A DNA stretch of 63,822 nucleotides, filler included, from Welwitschia mirabilis (lineage: Eukaryota): NCBI GenBank assembly GCA_051453625.1. It is 4 parts of one record of this genome, joined end to end, with 100 filler letters (N's around TTAATTAATTAA, not from the genome) between each part and the next. Parts side by side here need not be neighbours in the genome. Positions count along the whole stretch, not along the records: positions 52,187 to 57,748 come from JBOZIK010000001.1; positions 57,849 to 63,822 come from JBOZIK010000001.1; 2 more parts are not named here. The stretch is one strand, 5' to 3'. The notes beneath the pieces are model-generated. The model saw only the letters and a list, made by a program, of their open reading frames with translations, did no database searches and had not been told where the DNA came from. The first letter of the stretch is position 1, and every line of letters starts with the position of its first letter. The position numbers and the translations under genes were made by a program. Shown here piece after piece: positions 52,318-63,822 of the stretch.

Positions 52318-53742
52318 TTCCTTACCTAAAGGGAAAAGACCATTAAGACCTAGGTGGGTATACAAGAGGCTAATGGTGAACAACGCTACAAAGCAAGCTT
52401 GGTGGTAAAAGGATACAGCCAGAAACCAGGTATTGATTTCATAGAAATTTTCTTACTTGTTGTGAAACACACGTCTATTCGGATTTTGTTTGGCATGGTT
52501 GCCTGTTTGGATTTGGAGTTAGAGCAATTACACATTAAAACAGCTTTTCTGCATGGTGATATAAAAGAGGAAATTCATATGCATGTAACAGAGGGTTTGG
52601 AAGTGAAAAATAGAAATCTGGTTTATAGGTTGAAGTCTCTTTATGGTTTGAAACAAGCGCCTCGTCAATTGTACAAGAAGTTTGATGATTTTATGCAGAA
52701 ACAGGGATACTCCAAACGTGATTATGATCATTGTACATACCTTCACATAAGTGCTTCAGGTATGATTATCATTCTTATGTTGTATGTTGATGATATGTTG
52801 GCTGCTGGANNNNNNNNNNNNNNNNNNNNNNNNNNNNNNNNNNNNNNNNNNNNNNNNNNNNNNNNNNNNNNNNNNNNNNNNNNNNNNNNNNNNNNNNNNN
52901 NNNNNNNNNNNNNNNNNNNNNNNNNNNNNNNNNNNNNNNNNNNNNNNNNNNNNNNNNNNNNNNNNNNNNNNNNNNNNNNNNNNNNNNNNNNNNNNNNNNN
53001 NNNNNNNNNNNNNNNNNNNNNNNNNNNNNNNNNNNNNNNNNNNNNNNNNNNNNNNNNNNNNNNNNNNNNNNNNNNNNNNNNNNNNNNNNNNNNNNNNNNN
53101 NNNNNNNNNNNNNNNNNNNNNNNNNNNNNNNNNNNNNNNNNNNNNNNNNNNGTAGTGGGAGTAGTTTCATGTTTCATGAATAATCCTGGAAAAAAGCATT
53201 GGGAAGCTATAAAATGGGTTCTTTGTTACTTGAAGGGAACCCAACATATGAGTTTGTGTTTTGGTAATACTGATTTGCATATTATAGGGTATGTGGATGT
53301 TGATTATGCTAGTTGCAAGGATACCAGAAGGTCTACTACAAGGTATGTATTTACTCTTGGTGGTGGAGCTATTAGCTGGATGTCCCGTCTACAATATGGC
53401 GTTGCTATTTCCACTACGANNNNNNNNNNNNNNNNNNNNNNNNNNNNNNNNNNNNNNNNNNNNNNNNNNNNNNNNNNNNNNNNNNNNNNNNNNNNNNNNN
53501 NNNNNNNNNNNNNNNNNNNNNNNNNNNNNCAGAGTGCTATACATCTGGCGAAGAATCTGGTTTATCATGCCAGAACTAAGCACATTGATGTTAAATATCA
53601 TTTCATCAAGCACAAGGTCGAGAAAGGCATGTTACATGTTTGGAAAATTCACACGCATGCAAATCATGCTGATGTCATGGCAAACGCTATCGACGACACA
53701 CAACAAAAGGCATGTTGTAATGGAATTGAATTGAAGACGTGA
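52318..53742 (+). pseudogene. Ty1/copia Tork/Tnt1-like RT-RNase H
   Basis: LPKGKRP..RWVY, RYKASLVVKGYSQKPGIDF, KTAFLHGD, KSLYGLKQAPRQ, LYVDDML, GGAISWMSRLQ, YHARTKHIDVKYHF; two N gaps and several substituted conserved residues. Confidence 0.92.
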
Positions 53743-53827
53743 TCCAGAAGCAGGGAAGTAGGCATCTCTTGGAGTTTCAGAAGGAGTTGTTCTTGAAGAC
53801 TTGTCAAATTTGTCCTCAGTGGAAGAA

Positions 53828-54188
53828 TGTTGGAAAAGTGAAGCCAAATTTGTCTCGTTTATAATGTAATATTATGTTTTAACATTGACCCCCCTTAGTC
53901 TGTAATATTATAAAAGGAGGTTATGTTTTAACTCCTTGGGGTATCTAAATAAAAGAAAAAGGTGAGGAAGTTCCTAAATTGTCTTGCCTTGAAACCCTAA
54001 ACCTATTTAAATGTTGCTTGGGGGTTTGTTTTGCACGGTGATTCTTTTTGCTTCTTGAATAAGATTAAGAGCTCTGCCTACTTCCCGTGGTTTTTCCTGC
54101 AAGGGTTTTCCACGTAAATCTCTGTGTGTTGTTCTTGTGTTCGTTGTTTCCTTTTGTTTAGCATTGATTTTTAGTAAGATTCGTAACA
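53828..54188 (+). repeat. 3' LTR (~360 bp) of the Tork-like element
   Basis: Purine tract AGTGGAAGAA precedes TGTTGG; TATATAAAAGG TATA-like motif at ~53908; ends CGTAACA. Confidence 0.8.
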
Positions 54189-56823
54189 CATTCTGGCAAA
54201 GTTCTATTGCATCTTTCTACTACCGTTTTTTGCTGGGGCATCTTAAGAGTGGAGCGAAAGTGGAATATTCCCTTTTGAGCATAGTCGTCCCCAAAAGCAT
54301 GTAAGGTGTATTCACTTCCATTATTAGAAAATAGCCTCTTAACTGTTATGCATGTTTGAGTTTCTACCTTTGCAACAAAGTCTTTAAAAACACCCAGAAC
54401 CATATCCCTCAATTTGATGAGACGCGCCTAAACTTTTGGCGAAAATCATCAACAAAAGTTACAAAATATTTTAAATCAGTAAACAGCATTGGATTCAAGG
54501 GACTGACAGGATCAGAATATATTAATTCTAATCATTCCTTCCCTCTAGAATGTTCATCCCTTTCAAACTTAACTATATAAGATTCTCCTCCTTCACAAGC
54601 ATTATAGAAATCCAAGGATATGCCAACGAATGTACGAATAAATTTACAAGATTAAAGCACCTTGATAAATCATGCCCCAAGATGTCCAAGATGTTTATGC
54701 CACAGATTTGAGTCCTTTGTGACAACAATATCTTCCTCTCTTCTTATAGATTTAGCACACAAAATGTACATGAAGCCCTCTTTCTTTCCACTTAGCAATT
54801 TCGTCACACCTTTGTCAATCTTTCACACACCTTCTGAAAATAGTAGCTTGCAACCAAGATTGTCGAATTGTCTAACTGAAAGTAAGTCCCTTGTTACCTC
54901 AAGAACAAGTCTCGCATTTCTAATTGTGACCTTTGAACTATCCCATTACTTTAATACTATGATACCAAGGCCATGAATGAGATATTTTCTACTATTAGCA
55001 ACTTGATCAATTCCAGATTCACAAGCTTTGTATCAACTAAAACTCATACAATCTGGATAGATACGAAAAGGAGCACTGTTGTCCAAAATCCAAACATCAT
55101 AGCATTGTACTGAGAAGTATTCACTGACAAATCCAAACCAATGATGGTCAACCCAACTTCACCATCTATCTAATGAGTTTAACCTCATGCCTTGGTCTTC
55201 AGATCTATTGGGAATAAGCTCCTTCTCTTTCAACTTCTTATGCAATCAATAGTTTCTCTTTGCATGTCCCTTCTTAGTGCAAAACCAACACACAATATTT
55301 CTAGTTGTAGAAGCTCTACTTTTTCTTTGTTCACATCCCTTGCTTCTATTTTAGTAACAGTCCCTCCTACCTACAAAAGCTTCACAAGCAAAGTCCATTC
55401 TTTTAGTATTTTCCACATCCAACAACTCTGAAATAACTATGTTGAGTAATGGTATAGTTTTCAAGGTAGTAGTCAACGTAGTGCGAACAATCTCCCATGA
55501 ACAATGTAGGGAGCTAAGAATACAAACTACCCTAACATCTTCTTCAAAAGTAATGCTCAAATCATCTATCTGTGAAAACAAACTACTCATCTCATCTCAA
55601 TGACCATGCAACTAGATTCCTTTTTTCATCTCGATCTTGAAAACCTTATTGGTTGTCATATTTGTTCATTTTGGGAGGCCCTTCATACCTTTCATTCAAG
55701 GTTTTCCAAAGACATAAGCCTCTATGATCCCTTCGTACACACTGAGTATCTGATTATCAAGGGCAAGTCAAATCCAACCAAGACTTTTCTAGTTAAGCTT
55801 GTTCTAGTCCTTTGCAAGATACTTTTTTCAACCTATAATCACCCATACCCTAAAACCTACCTTTGCTTCATTTTAAAATCTTCAAAAGTAATGATTAAAT
55901 CATCTATTTGGGCAAATAGACTATTCACCTCATCTAAATGACTCTGCAACCAGGGTCTTTCTTCCATGTTTGATCTTGAAAACCCTGTTGAATGTGTAAT
56001 ATTTGTTCATTCTGGTGAGCCATTCATACCTTTCATTTAGGTTCTTCCAAAAGACATGAGATTTTGTGATTTCTTTGCACACAATCAATATCTAATTGTC
56101 TAGACAAGGTCAAATCTGAGCAAAGGTTTTCCTATTAAGATTGTTCCATTCCTCATTTGGATACTTTTGCCAGTAGTCTTCATCTGATATCATAGAAGCC
56201 GCCTTTGCTTTATCCTTTGATTTTAGAACAATATTGCAATCTTTCAAGTAGAAAAGTTCTTCCATCAAGGTTTTGAAGTTAGCCAAGTTCTCTACTCCAA
56301 CTAACTTGTCCATCATCTACAAATATTCCATTTCTGCTTCACTTGCCCTATTCACAAGCTCCACTTGAAAGAAATGAACATCGCTAACAAGCTCTAGACC
56401 TAGCCTCTAATATCATTATTCCAACACAAGAGAATAACGCAGCAAAGGAAAATGGAACATGAACAACAATATAACAAGGTTTTGGTCCTTTCTACTCTAC
56501 ATCCTCTAACCAACACAAAGATTATTAGATTCACTGCAAACCAGCAATCACAAGGAACACAAGTCATTACTTAGCTCAAGCCACAATCCACAAGCAAGAA
56601 TGCAAAACGACTCCAATTACAATACCACGTGAAACCCTAGCCCCTTTTATCTCATTAGGGGTTTAATGTAACACCCTAAAATAACATTGATCCCACATGT
56701 CTCTTTTCTTTTCCCCCTCTTTTCTTTCTTTCTTTTTTTTTAATATCAATATAAAGGTTAATTTTAACATAAAGGGGAAATATAAGGTTTGGCTTCACAA
56801 TAACTAATACTTTTCTCATAACA
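54189..56823 (-). mobile_element. Second Tork-like copia, 5' part (LTR-PBS-gag-protease-integrase start)
   Basis: Integrase FKDFVAKVETQT..VKRLFSNNGSEY..PQQ..VVERCNRTL; NLWHKHLGHL (~54685-54710); protease WILDNSAPF (~55070-55092); gag CILSSLHCSWE and EWNNLNRK; PBS TGATATTAGAGG at 56404-56415; LTR ~56417-56823. Confidence 0.85.
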
Positions 56824-57449
56824 TTTTTATTCTAGGCATCTTCTAAGGCTTTGGTGTTTGATCTCATTCCTCCATAGAGTTTCTCCGCAAAGATGATGCT
56901 CATCACAATTCTAGGGGCAAATTTCCTTTTGCCTTGTTCTCCAGTTCAACAATTGCTTATGTTTCTTATAAAGCAAATACATGACTTCTTTATGTGCTTG
57001 TTCTAAAGTTTTCATTAAAAGTTGTTCATTGTGTTTCTTTTGTTTATCATACTTTACTCAAGGCACTCAATTCCCTTCACTTATACTATGCCACTATTAA
57101 TCTAGTGTTTATATATCTCCATAAGTAACTTATCTATTTGGACACTCCTCTTCCTTCAATGATTAACTATATACTAGATATCCCTATTTACATAAAGACA
57201 TATATTATATTCTCCAGAACTTATTCATCCTTTTCTTAATTATTCTTGTCTTGAAGTTCATATATCGTTTTCTGTGGGAGTCTTAGTGACTCATTTGTAA
57301 ATCCCTAAGACAAGTGGGAGAATATAGAAAAGGTTCCCAAGTTGACAAGTGCCATTCATAGACTTTTCATCTAGCCAAGCAAACCAATGACCTTGGTGAG
57401 TGCAATACAATTTCTTATGAACTACCTTCTTTGGAAAATGAGTGTGAAA

Positions 57450-57586
57450 GAATGAGAGTGAGAGCGAGAGAGAGTGAGTGAGAGAGTGAGTGAGAGTGTG
57501 AGTGTGTGAGGGTGTGGGTTTGTGGGTGTGTGAGAGAGAGAGAGGGTATGTGAGGGGGTGTGTGTGTGTGAGAGAGAGAGAGAGGG
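57450..57586. repeat. Compound (GA)/(GT) microsatellite
   Basis: Mixed GAGT, GA and GT runs. Confidence 0.9.
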
Positions 57587-57748
57587 TTCTCAAATTTTCA
57601 AAAAGGAAGAGCTCTTTTTTATTTCATTGACTAAGCTTCACATAAACAATCAGAGCTCAAAATCTACAAAAGATTTCTCACATAACAAACCAGACAAGAT
57701 AGAGTAAAAAGTTACAATAAGCCATTAGATCTTCTTGAGCTTGAAGAC

Positions 57749-57848
57749 NNNNNNNNNNNNNNNNNNNNNNNNNNNNNNNNNNNNNNNNNNNNTTAATTAA
57801 TTAANNNNNNNNNNNNNNNNNNNNNNNNNNNNNNNNNNNNNNNNNNNN
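57749..57848. other. Artificial contig-joining spacer (N44-TTAATTAATTAA-N44)
   Basis: Identical structure to the other two spacers. Confidence 0.95.
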
Positions 57849-58393
57849 GAATAAAACAATACGTATGCTATGAACCAAGTGCCCTTACATTTTTCAAGAA
57901 CATAAAAGTCATGGTACATAAATCTAATCATTTATCGTTCTTGGTTCTAGGTAAGAGTGCATGTACTTGTTCAAATACTCATTTATTTCAAAATGCAAAA
58001 AACTATCAATCACATAACATAAAGAAGAAAATTTTTATTCATAATATAGCACACCTATCACATTTACCAGGAATTTAAATGAATAAATAAGATGTAAAAT
58101 ATATTATTATGTTCTCTTAAAATTTTCAATTTATTAGTTATATCATATGATGTTAATTCCTTATATAATGGGATTATCTAATTTTAAATGTTTGGCTAGC
58201 ATTTCTCACAAAAACCTTCTAACATAATTTTTATCACTTTCATGGTAAATTATGAAAATTACAAACTAAGGTTAATTTAAAATTCCATCTTATTTTGATA
58301 AGGCCTTTAAATAATGATAATTAATCATTTAACTAAGACTTTAATATACTTAGTATTCAAGTAAATAAGGTTTACAAAATATAGGATATGATA
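57849..58393 (-). repeat. LTR fragment of the same Tekay-like family
   Basis: Collinear with 36420-36962 and 42480-43024; ends ATAGGATATGATA. Confidence 0.85.
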
Positions 58394-58539
58394 CTATCTC
58401 CTACCAATAATCCAATAATCCAATAATCAATCTTTAGCTCAATCAATAAAATTCTGTAGTTAGAAGCATCATACTCTAAGAAAACATCCAAGGGTATTCC
58501 AAATCATTTAAAACAACATGTTGTTGATTTAGAAAATTT

Positions 58540-58840
58540 TATTTAAGTCCAAAAGATGAGATTCTAATGGTAATCATCCGAAAAAGTGAAAACAGGATGA
58601 CATTTCTTTTCATTTTCTAGAAACATCATTACTAATTGATAGTCCTACCTCTAATGTTTTTTTTTACATTTCCATGGTTATAGATGTTGATTCTTATGTG
58701 ATTATTAATTGATTGAATAATGATGTAGTTATATCTCATTATCCTTCTCATTATTATTTTCTCCAAGTGTAGGCATTGTAGATAGGATTCACAAGAAACA
58801 TGCTAGTTTACAACTTTATTTTGCTGACTCTACTAATTTT
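58540..58840 (+). pseudogene. Possible very decayed RNase H-like (non-LTR RVT_3 type) fragment
   Basis: IDVDSYVIIN*LNN..IIFSKCRH and a downstream ADS motif loosely resemble IExDS..VI..L / I..CR / AD.LA; weak. Confidence 0.25.
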
Positions 58841-59049
58841 ATTCTTCTTCAATAAATTTTAGTTTTATCCTCTTATATGATTTATCCTACAAACCTTTTG
58901 TTTATAATGAATTCCATTTTTCTACTTTTCATTCAAAAGAATAAAAAGGTATTAGTATTATTATTTATCTAATGTAGAAAAAATATATTCAATTTGATAT
59001 GACCTAACCTTGGGTTGGACTTAAAAGAAAAAAAATTTAATTATTTAAA

Positions 59050-59648
59050 TTACATTACATGATTACCATTGTAGCAGACCAATTAGGTTACAACGGAGAG
59101 AGTTACCTCTTAGTTACCCACAGGCTACACCTTAATATAACTATATGATGATTGCTCATCTGAGCAACACCACATCCAGTCTTAATGTTATTTAAAAATC
59201 TCAATTAGGAACACACAGAAGAAATTAAAGATTGTGGTTGAGTAGTTGGTTGCACTAACAGTTAAGCAACCATGCCTACGTATCCTCATCCAGAGGAATT
59301 TAGACATTAAGCAGTTCTATCTTGGACCTCATTCCCATCTCNNNNNNNNNNTGAGTATAAGATAAATCAAGGTTGTCCATATCATTAGGCATGTGGGTAA
59401 AAGTATGCATCAAATAATGTGAGAACTCAATGTTTAACTCAATAAGAGTATGGTGTCAAACTAAATCAAACTAACACCAAATGATATCACACACATATAA
59501 ACATATATATGCATAATAGCTATATGTAAAAGTATAGGAATTAACTAGTTCAGAACTCTCAAGGTTACAACTACATCCCTAATAAGGAATTCTAATGCAT
59601 GAATGATTACAATACATATATATTAATATAAATTATATATGGGTACTC

Positions 59649-59685
<37 letters not shown>

Positions 59686-60400
59686 ACCCTGTAGTCACTT
59701 AGCCAAAATATACATTAGTAACTTTAACGACTGAGCATAAGTGCTCCCTCTATTCTTCCCACATGTCAGTGAGAGCCAATGGGAGGTAAATATCATAATA
59801 GAATGTCATTAGAGTAAACTCGTGTAGAAATGTGATTAATACACACATGCATACACATACAGACATATACACACACACATATGTTATTTTGATAGGGTAC
59901 CTCATAGCTGCTCCTTTTCTAACATAACCTAATGAGCTTTTATATATATATATACAAATGTATAAAATGCTAAAGGAAATAGCCTGTATGCTACTGATTA
60001 AATCACTAGTCTCAACAAACTTAGCATGATAGAAGTTAAAGGATAAAGAAAGCTAATTAAATGCTTAATTATTTGAATAAGCATCATTGAAAAATCACTA
60101 ATATTATAGCATTTTATGCGCAAGGTAATAAATAACTAATTAAAACATTCAATTCATATGCCTAAACATATAAAAAAATACATTTAAGAATACATACCTA
60201 GAATGTGTTACGGCATATAAGATGCGACCATAAGCATTAAGGAATGTGCTAATCCTAATAATTAAATAACTATAATATGCACAACATAACTGCATTGAAT
60301 CATCCTAGAAGCAACATGAATGTTACTAAATACATCTAATTTTAACAACAGCTATAACAACTATTTCAATCATTTTCTCCCCTATATATCTATAATAGAA
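59050..60400 (-). repeat. Diverged LTR-derived sequence related to the Tekay-like family, with (AT)n
   Basis: 59681-59800 (AGTGAACCC.GTAGTCACTTAGCCA...GAGCCAATGGGAGG) resembles 41095-41210; boundaries approximate. Confidence 0.45.
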
Positions 60401-62102
60401 TTATAATTTTCTCTTGGTTAAGGGCCTAAGGTGGCACCGTCTATTTCCCAATGAGGATATTATGTCCCATCTTACACCATAAGACAACCAGAATATTACT
60501 AGCATGAAATCAATATTAGATGTTATTAAGAGCTATACAAATGTGGTCAATACTCTTCTTTAAAATATGTTTGTAACCTTATCCTAAATTGAAGCATATT
60601 ATAGCTAGTACTGAGGTATTACATAATTTAAATATAGAAAAGTTTATTTTTAGGTTTTGTGTACTTCATCCTCTATTTATGTTTGAAAACAAATCCAGTA
60701 AGCATTGTTTTTCATGTTTAATATGTAGACAATTATTGATTCAGGGACAAACCATTTAAGTTGACTCGGGTGTGATAGAGTGACTTTAGAGATTATAGAC
60801 CATTAGTTCAATTTAATAGGTAATTATAACTAATACTAAATCAAATTTTTAATAATAATAACATGGATGTAATAAATATGTATTTTGGATAACCTAAGTA
60901 AAACACTTACATAGCTTCCTCCTCAACACAACATGATATTATTTGAGGCTAGATCCATTAGAATTGGCATTCAACCAATGGTAATAGTGACCTAGGTCTT
61001 TATGCAATACGACATAAGCCTACATCCATGAAATTCACATTTATAATAGAACTAATGCTTGCTTAAATGAATGGCGAACAACAAATGAGGAAAGTGGAAT
61101 ATTGTCAAGCCTTTTGGAGTTAGAAGTTTTAACTGACAAAATAATAAGCTTATCAGCTTTACAGTTTCAATATTAAATATGATATTAACATCACTTGTGA
61201 GTTATTATCATTTGTTGTTTAGAGAGGGCTTCATCAAGTGACTCTCCATCAATTCATATAGTGTAAGCAAAACATTCAAGAAATGGCTTATGTGTATGTA
61301 TTTAAAATGGTATTAAGTATTATACATTAACATTGTCTATTTACTGTTTGAAGATGACTCAACACAAGGATTTCACAAAAATAGTTCATACCAAATCTTC
61401 CAGTGGAACCAAGTTTTTCCATCACCTTGGGGAATTTAAAGCTCATTGCATTTCACTACATGTAAGACACATACTATGTTGTATGGCAATGCACGAGAGG
61501 TGTAAAAATGCAGTTATTGGTAAGGTTAGTTTGTCTCCAAATATAAGAGATGATAAAATCAATGTTTTAATGTGCTTCCTTAGGGCATTGCATGTGTGAC
61601 ATTTGGAGCAAAATTTATCAAAATAATTTCCAGAGCACAAAATAAAAAGGTAAACCAATAAATGAAATCCAAGAACAACCAACTATCATAAACATCGCAA
61701 ATCTTGTCCAATCTAAAGCCTTCTGACTTCTTTCCAAAATCAAATATATGATTTTAGTGTTTACCATACTTTAACAATTTTCTTCTAATACCACTATGGT
61801 GAACGATAAAGAGATGTGGGGTACTATTTTCAATAGTAATTTACTAAAAACTAGTAGAATAACAAATTCTCTTTTTTTAAAAAATCAAAAATATGCAATA
61901 AAATTATAAAAGCATCTCACCTTGCCAACCTATTTCTAGTGTAGAGATTCGGTTTTACCGTTAACGATGCTTCGTGAATTTTGCATCTTAATTTTCTTCA
62001 TGTAAACTCAAAATTCAGATTAAATTCTAACTATTCTGACAATATTGCATTCTTAAAAAAAAAAATGCAGCAAGATAACGTAAGCCTCACTGGCATTCAT
62101 AC

Positions 62103-62682
62103 CTTCTGTGTGATCATCATTTTTCCAAGCTTCCTCTCCATCAAGCATGCGGCGCTTCTGGTTCATCTTTTTGTGACGATCTACGTTGTTCTGCTTCGCT
62201 CCCTCCGGAAGACGGTGAAATCTGCACTGCAATATCCTGGGGGGTTGCAGTAATGTACGAGGGCTGTCAAATGGCCCGTGCTTTATGGCTCCATTAACGC
62301 CGTGCAGTTGAAGAATGGGATGACACTGTTCGTCATTGGAATTCTCCTCGCGGCAGCTCCACCCTTCCCTAATTGTCCGTCGGCGTCCACTGACTCCGGA
62401 TGCCCGTGATAATGAAGCAAATACCGGACATGCTGCTGCGTTAAAAGAGTAAAATGACGCCGATCAGAGGTAAATGATTTCGCAATTAGCTTCATTGAGG
62501 GTTTTTGTGATTCTGGGATCCCTTGTAGATGACATTGAAGATCCCCTCGGCCTTCAGATTTCTTTCAGCAGTCTGTTTCACTCTGCACTTGTCAAGCGAA
62601 CATTTGCAGTAACTTCCGCCACTTGTAGCTGTCCTAAACTGCTTGATAGCATGATCTGGCCTTGAAGCCATAGTTAAATCCT
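62103..62682 (-). pseudogene. Degenerate WRKY transcription-factor-like exon
   Basis: KQFRTATSGGSYCKCSLDKCRVKQTAERNLKAEGIFNVIYKGSQNHKNPQ aligns without gaps up to the first Cys with WRKY KQVKGSENPRSYYKC, and gives C-X4-C-X23-[Q]-X-H with ER, IYKG and NH..P. An adjacent frame upstream reads NYGFKARSCYQ (cf. DG(Y/F)xWRKYGQ). A downstream frame contains QKRR and ends at the donor-like AG|GTATGA (62102). Confidence 0.6.
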
Positions 62683-63822
62683 GTACTATGCTTATACCTC
62701 TTATTTGCTTCCTCGCAGGCCGTATCAGTCTTCTCAAAAAAAAGTGTTGCAATTGACGCCAATGGAAGTACTACCAGTCTTCTCAGAAAAAGGAGGATCA
62801 TGTTAAGGGAACTGATTAATTAAATACAAAATTCTCAAAGTGCTATTCATATTAATTATCTTCTGAGAAATAGTTGCAGAGAAGAGAAGGAAAGGAAGTG
62901 GTCTTTTCCTACCATCCATTTCCCTATCTCTTCAAACAGATTCTGTGTGGTGTTATTACGGCACACACCCCAATGTGGCAGTTTGGTTCACTTTAATGTT
63001 TGATCTTGATAGTTTTGAAATTTGCTTCATTCATATTTCAAGTAACTTTAGCAACTGATCCATTTTGTGACAAGAATTAATTTCTAGGTTTCATAATGAT
63101 CCTTAGATTTTTGGAGAAGATTTAAATACATTGAAAATTTTAAAAGATAAATTTGGTATTGTTTTTCATCCCATGGGAGCTTTAAAAGCTTTAGCTTGGA
63201 TGACTTTAAGAAGTAACTTTGTGTAGTTAATAAAGGTTTTCAACTACATACTAACCCTGCTCAAGAATTTTTCTAGTTACAATAATCATAAGTGTGGTTT
63301 TGTTCACATTCTAAGTAGGTTACATTATCTTATTATTCTACAATATTTTTTTGGGTTTCTTGATTCAGTTGTAGAGTATTAATAAATGCAATTCTCTTAG
63401 GAATTTTTCGAATTCTCTTTGATTTTATCTCTCATACAAGCAATCAATTTAAAAATAAATCCCCTCTTTTAATTGCATTATTAAGATTTTACTTAGAAAG
63501 AAGGAGAAGTTTCACTCAAAATGTTATAAAATGTAAGTACTCGTAACACTCTAACTTTAATTACCCTAATTAAGCTTAATTTTTTAAAACTTTATTAACT
63601 AACATGCACAATGGAACTTAGGATCAATTCCTCTTTAGACCCTGTTAAAATACTATAAGATTTAAAATAACTAAATAACATAATTAACCCTTTTGTTCTT
63701 GGCTCTACTAGGGTTTTGAGGCTCTAAGAGGTTTTAGCAGATCTGGAGCGCAGGAGGGTGAAGTCTTAGAAGATCACGGATCGGTGGGGGCGGTTTTGAT
63801 CCCGTAGGATAGACTTTCATCA

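Noticed and set aside
52354..53742. 462-aa ORF as a functional or domesticated gene
   Set aside because: Copia RT-RNase H fragment with gaps, substituted conserved residues, a disrupted 5' end, and its own PPT and LTR.
53991..54005. AAACCCTAAACCTA telomere-like motif
   Set aside because: Only 1-2 units within an LTR; not an interstitial telomeric array.
16249..62682. Functional link between the W-box arrays and the WRKY remnant
   Set aside because: They are separated by three artificial spacers, so physical linkage is not established.

Overview
AT-rich land-plant (probably angiosperm) genomic DNA made almost entirely of old, nested, heavily C>T/G>A-decayed LTR retrotransposons. It is not one contiguous locus: three artificial spacers (44 N + TTAATTAATTAA + 44 N) divide it into four segments, 1-29774, 29875-52086, 52187-57748 and 57849-63822. 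Segment 1 holds an Athila-like Ty3/gypsy (minus strand), a cluster of tandem repeats, a Tekay-related LTR followed by a CpG-rich island, and a near-complete Tat-group gypsy carrying an additional (aRH) RNase H. Segment 2 holds an Athila-like integrase, a SIRE copia whose gag zinc knuckle is split by a ~9.4 kb gag-only Tekay-like element with ~3.3 kb LTRs, and a second SIRE pol. Segment 3 holds nested Tork/Tnt1-like copia pieces. Segment 4 holds LTR debris and the only host-gene-like sequence, a degenerate WRKY-domain exon near 62.1-62.7 kb (minus strand). I found no intact protein-coding gene, RNA gene or CRISPR array, and no clearly new biological system. The best leads are the WRKY remnant, a dense W-box array in the Tat LTRs, a CpG-protected domain inside TE sequence, and the precisely resolvable nesting. 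Lineage names come from motif recognition by eye, not from database searches.
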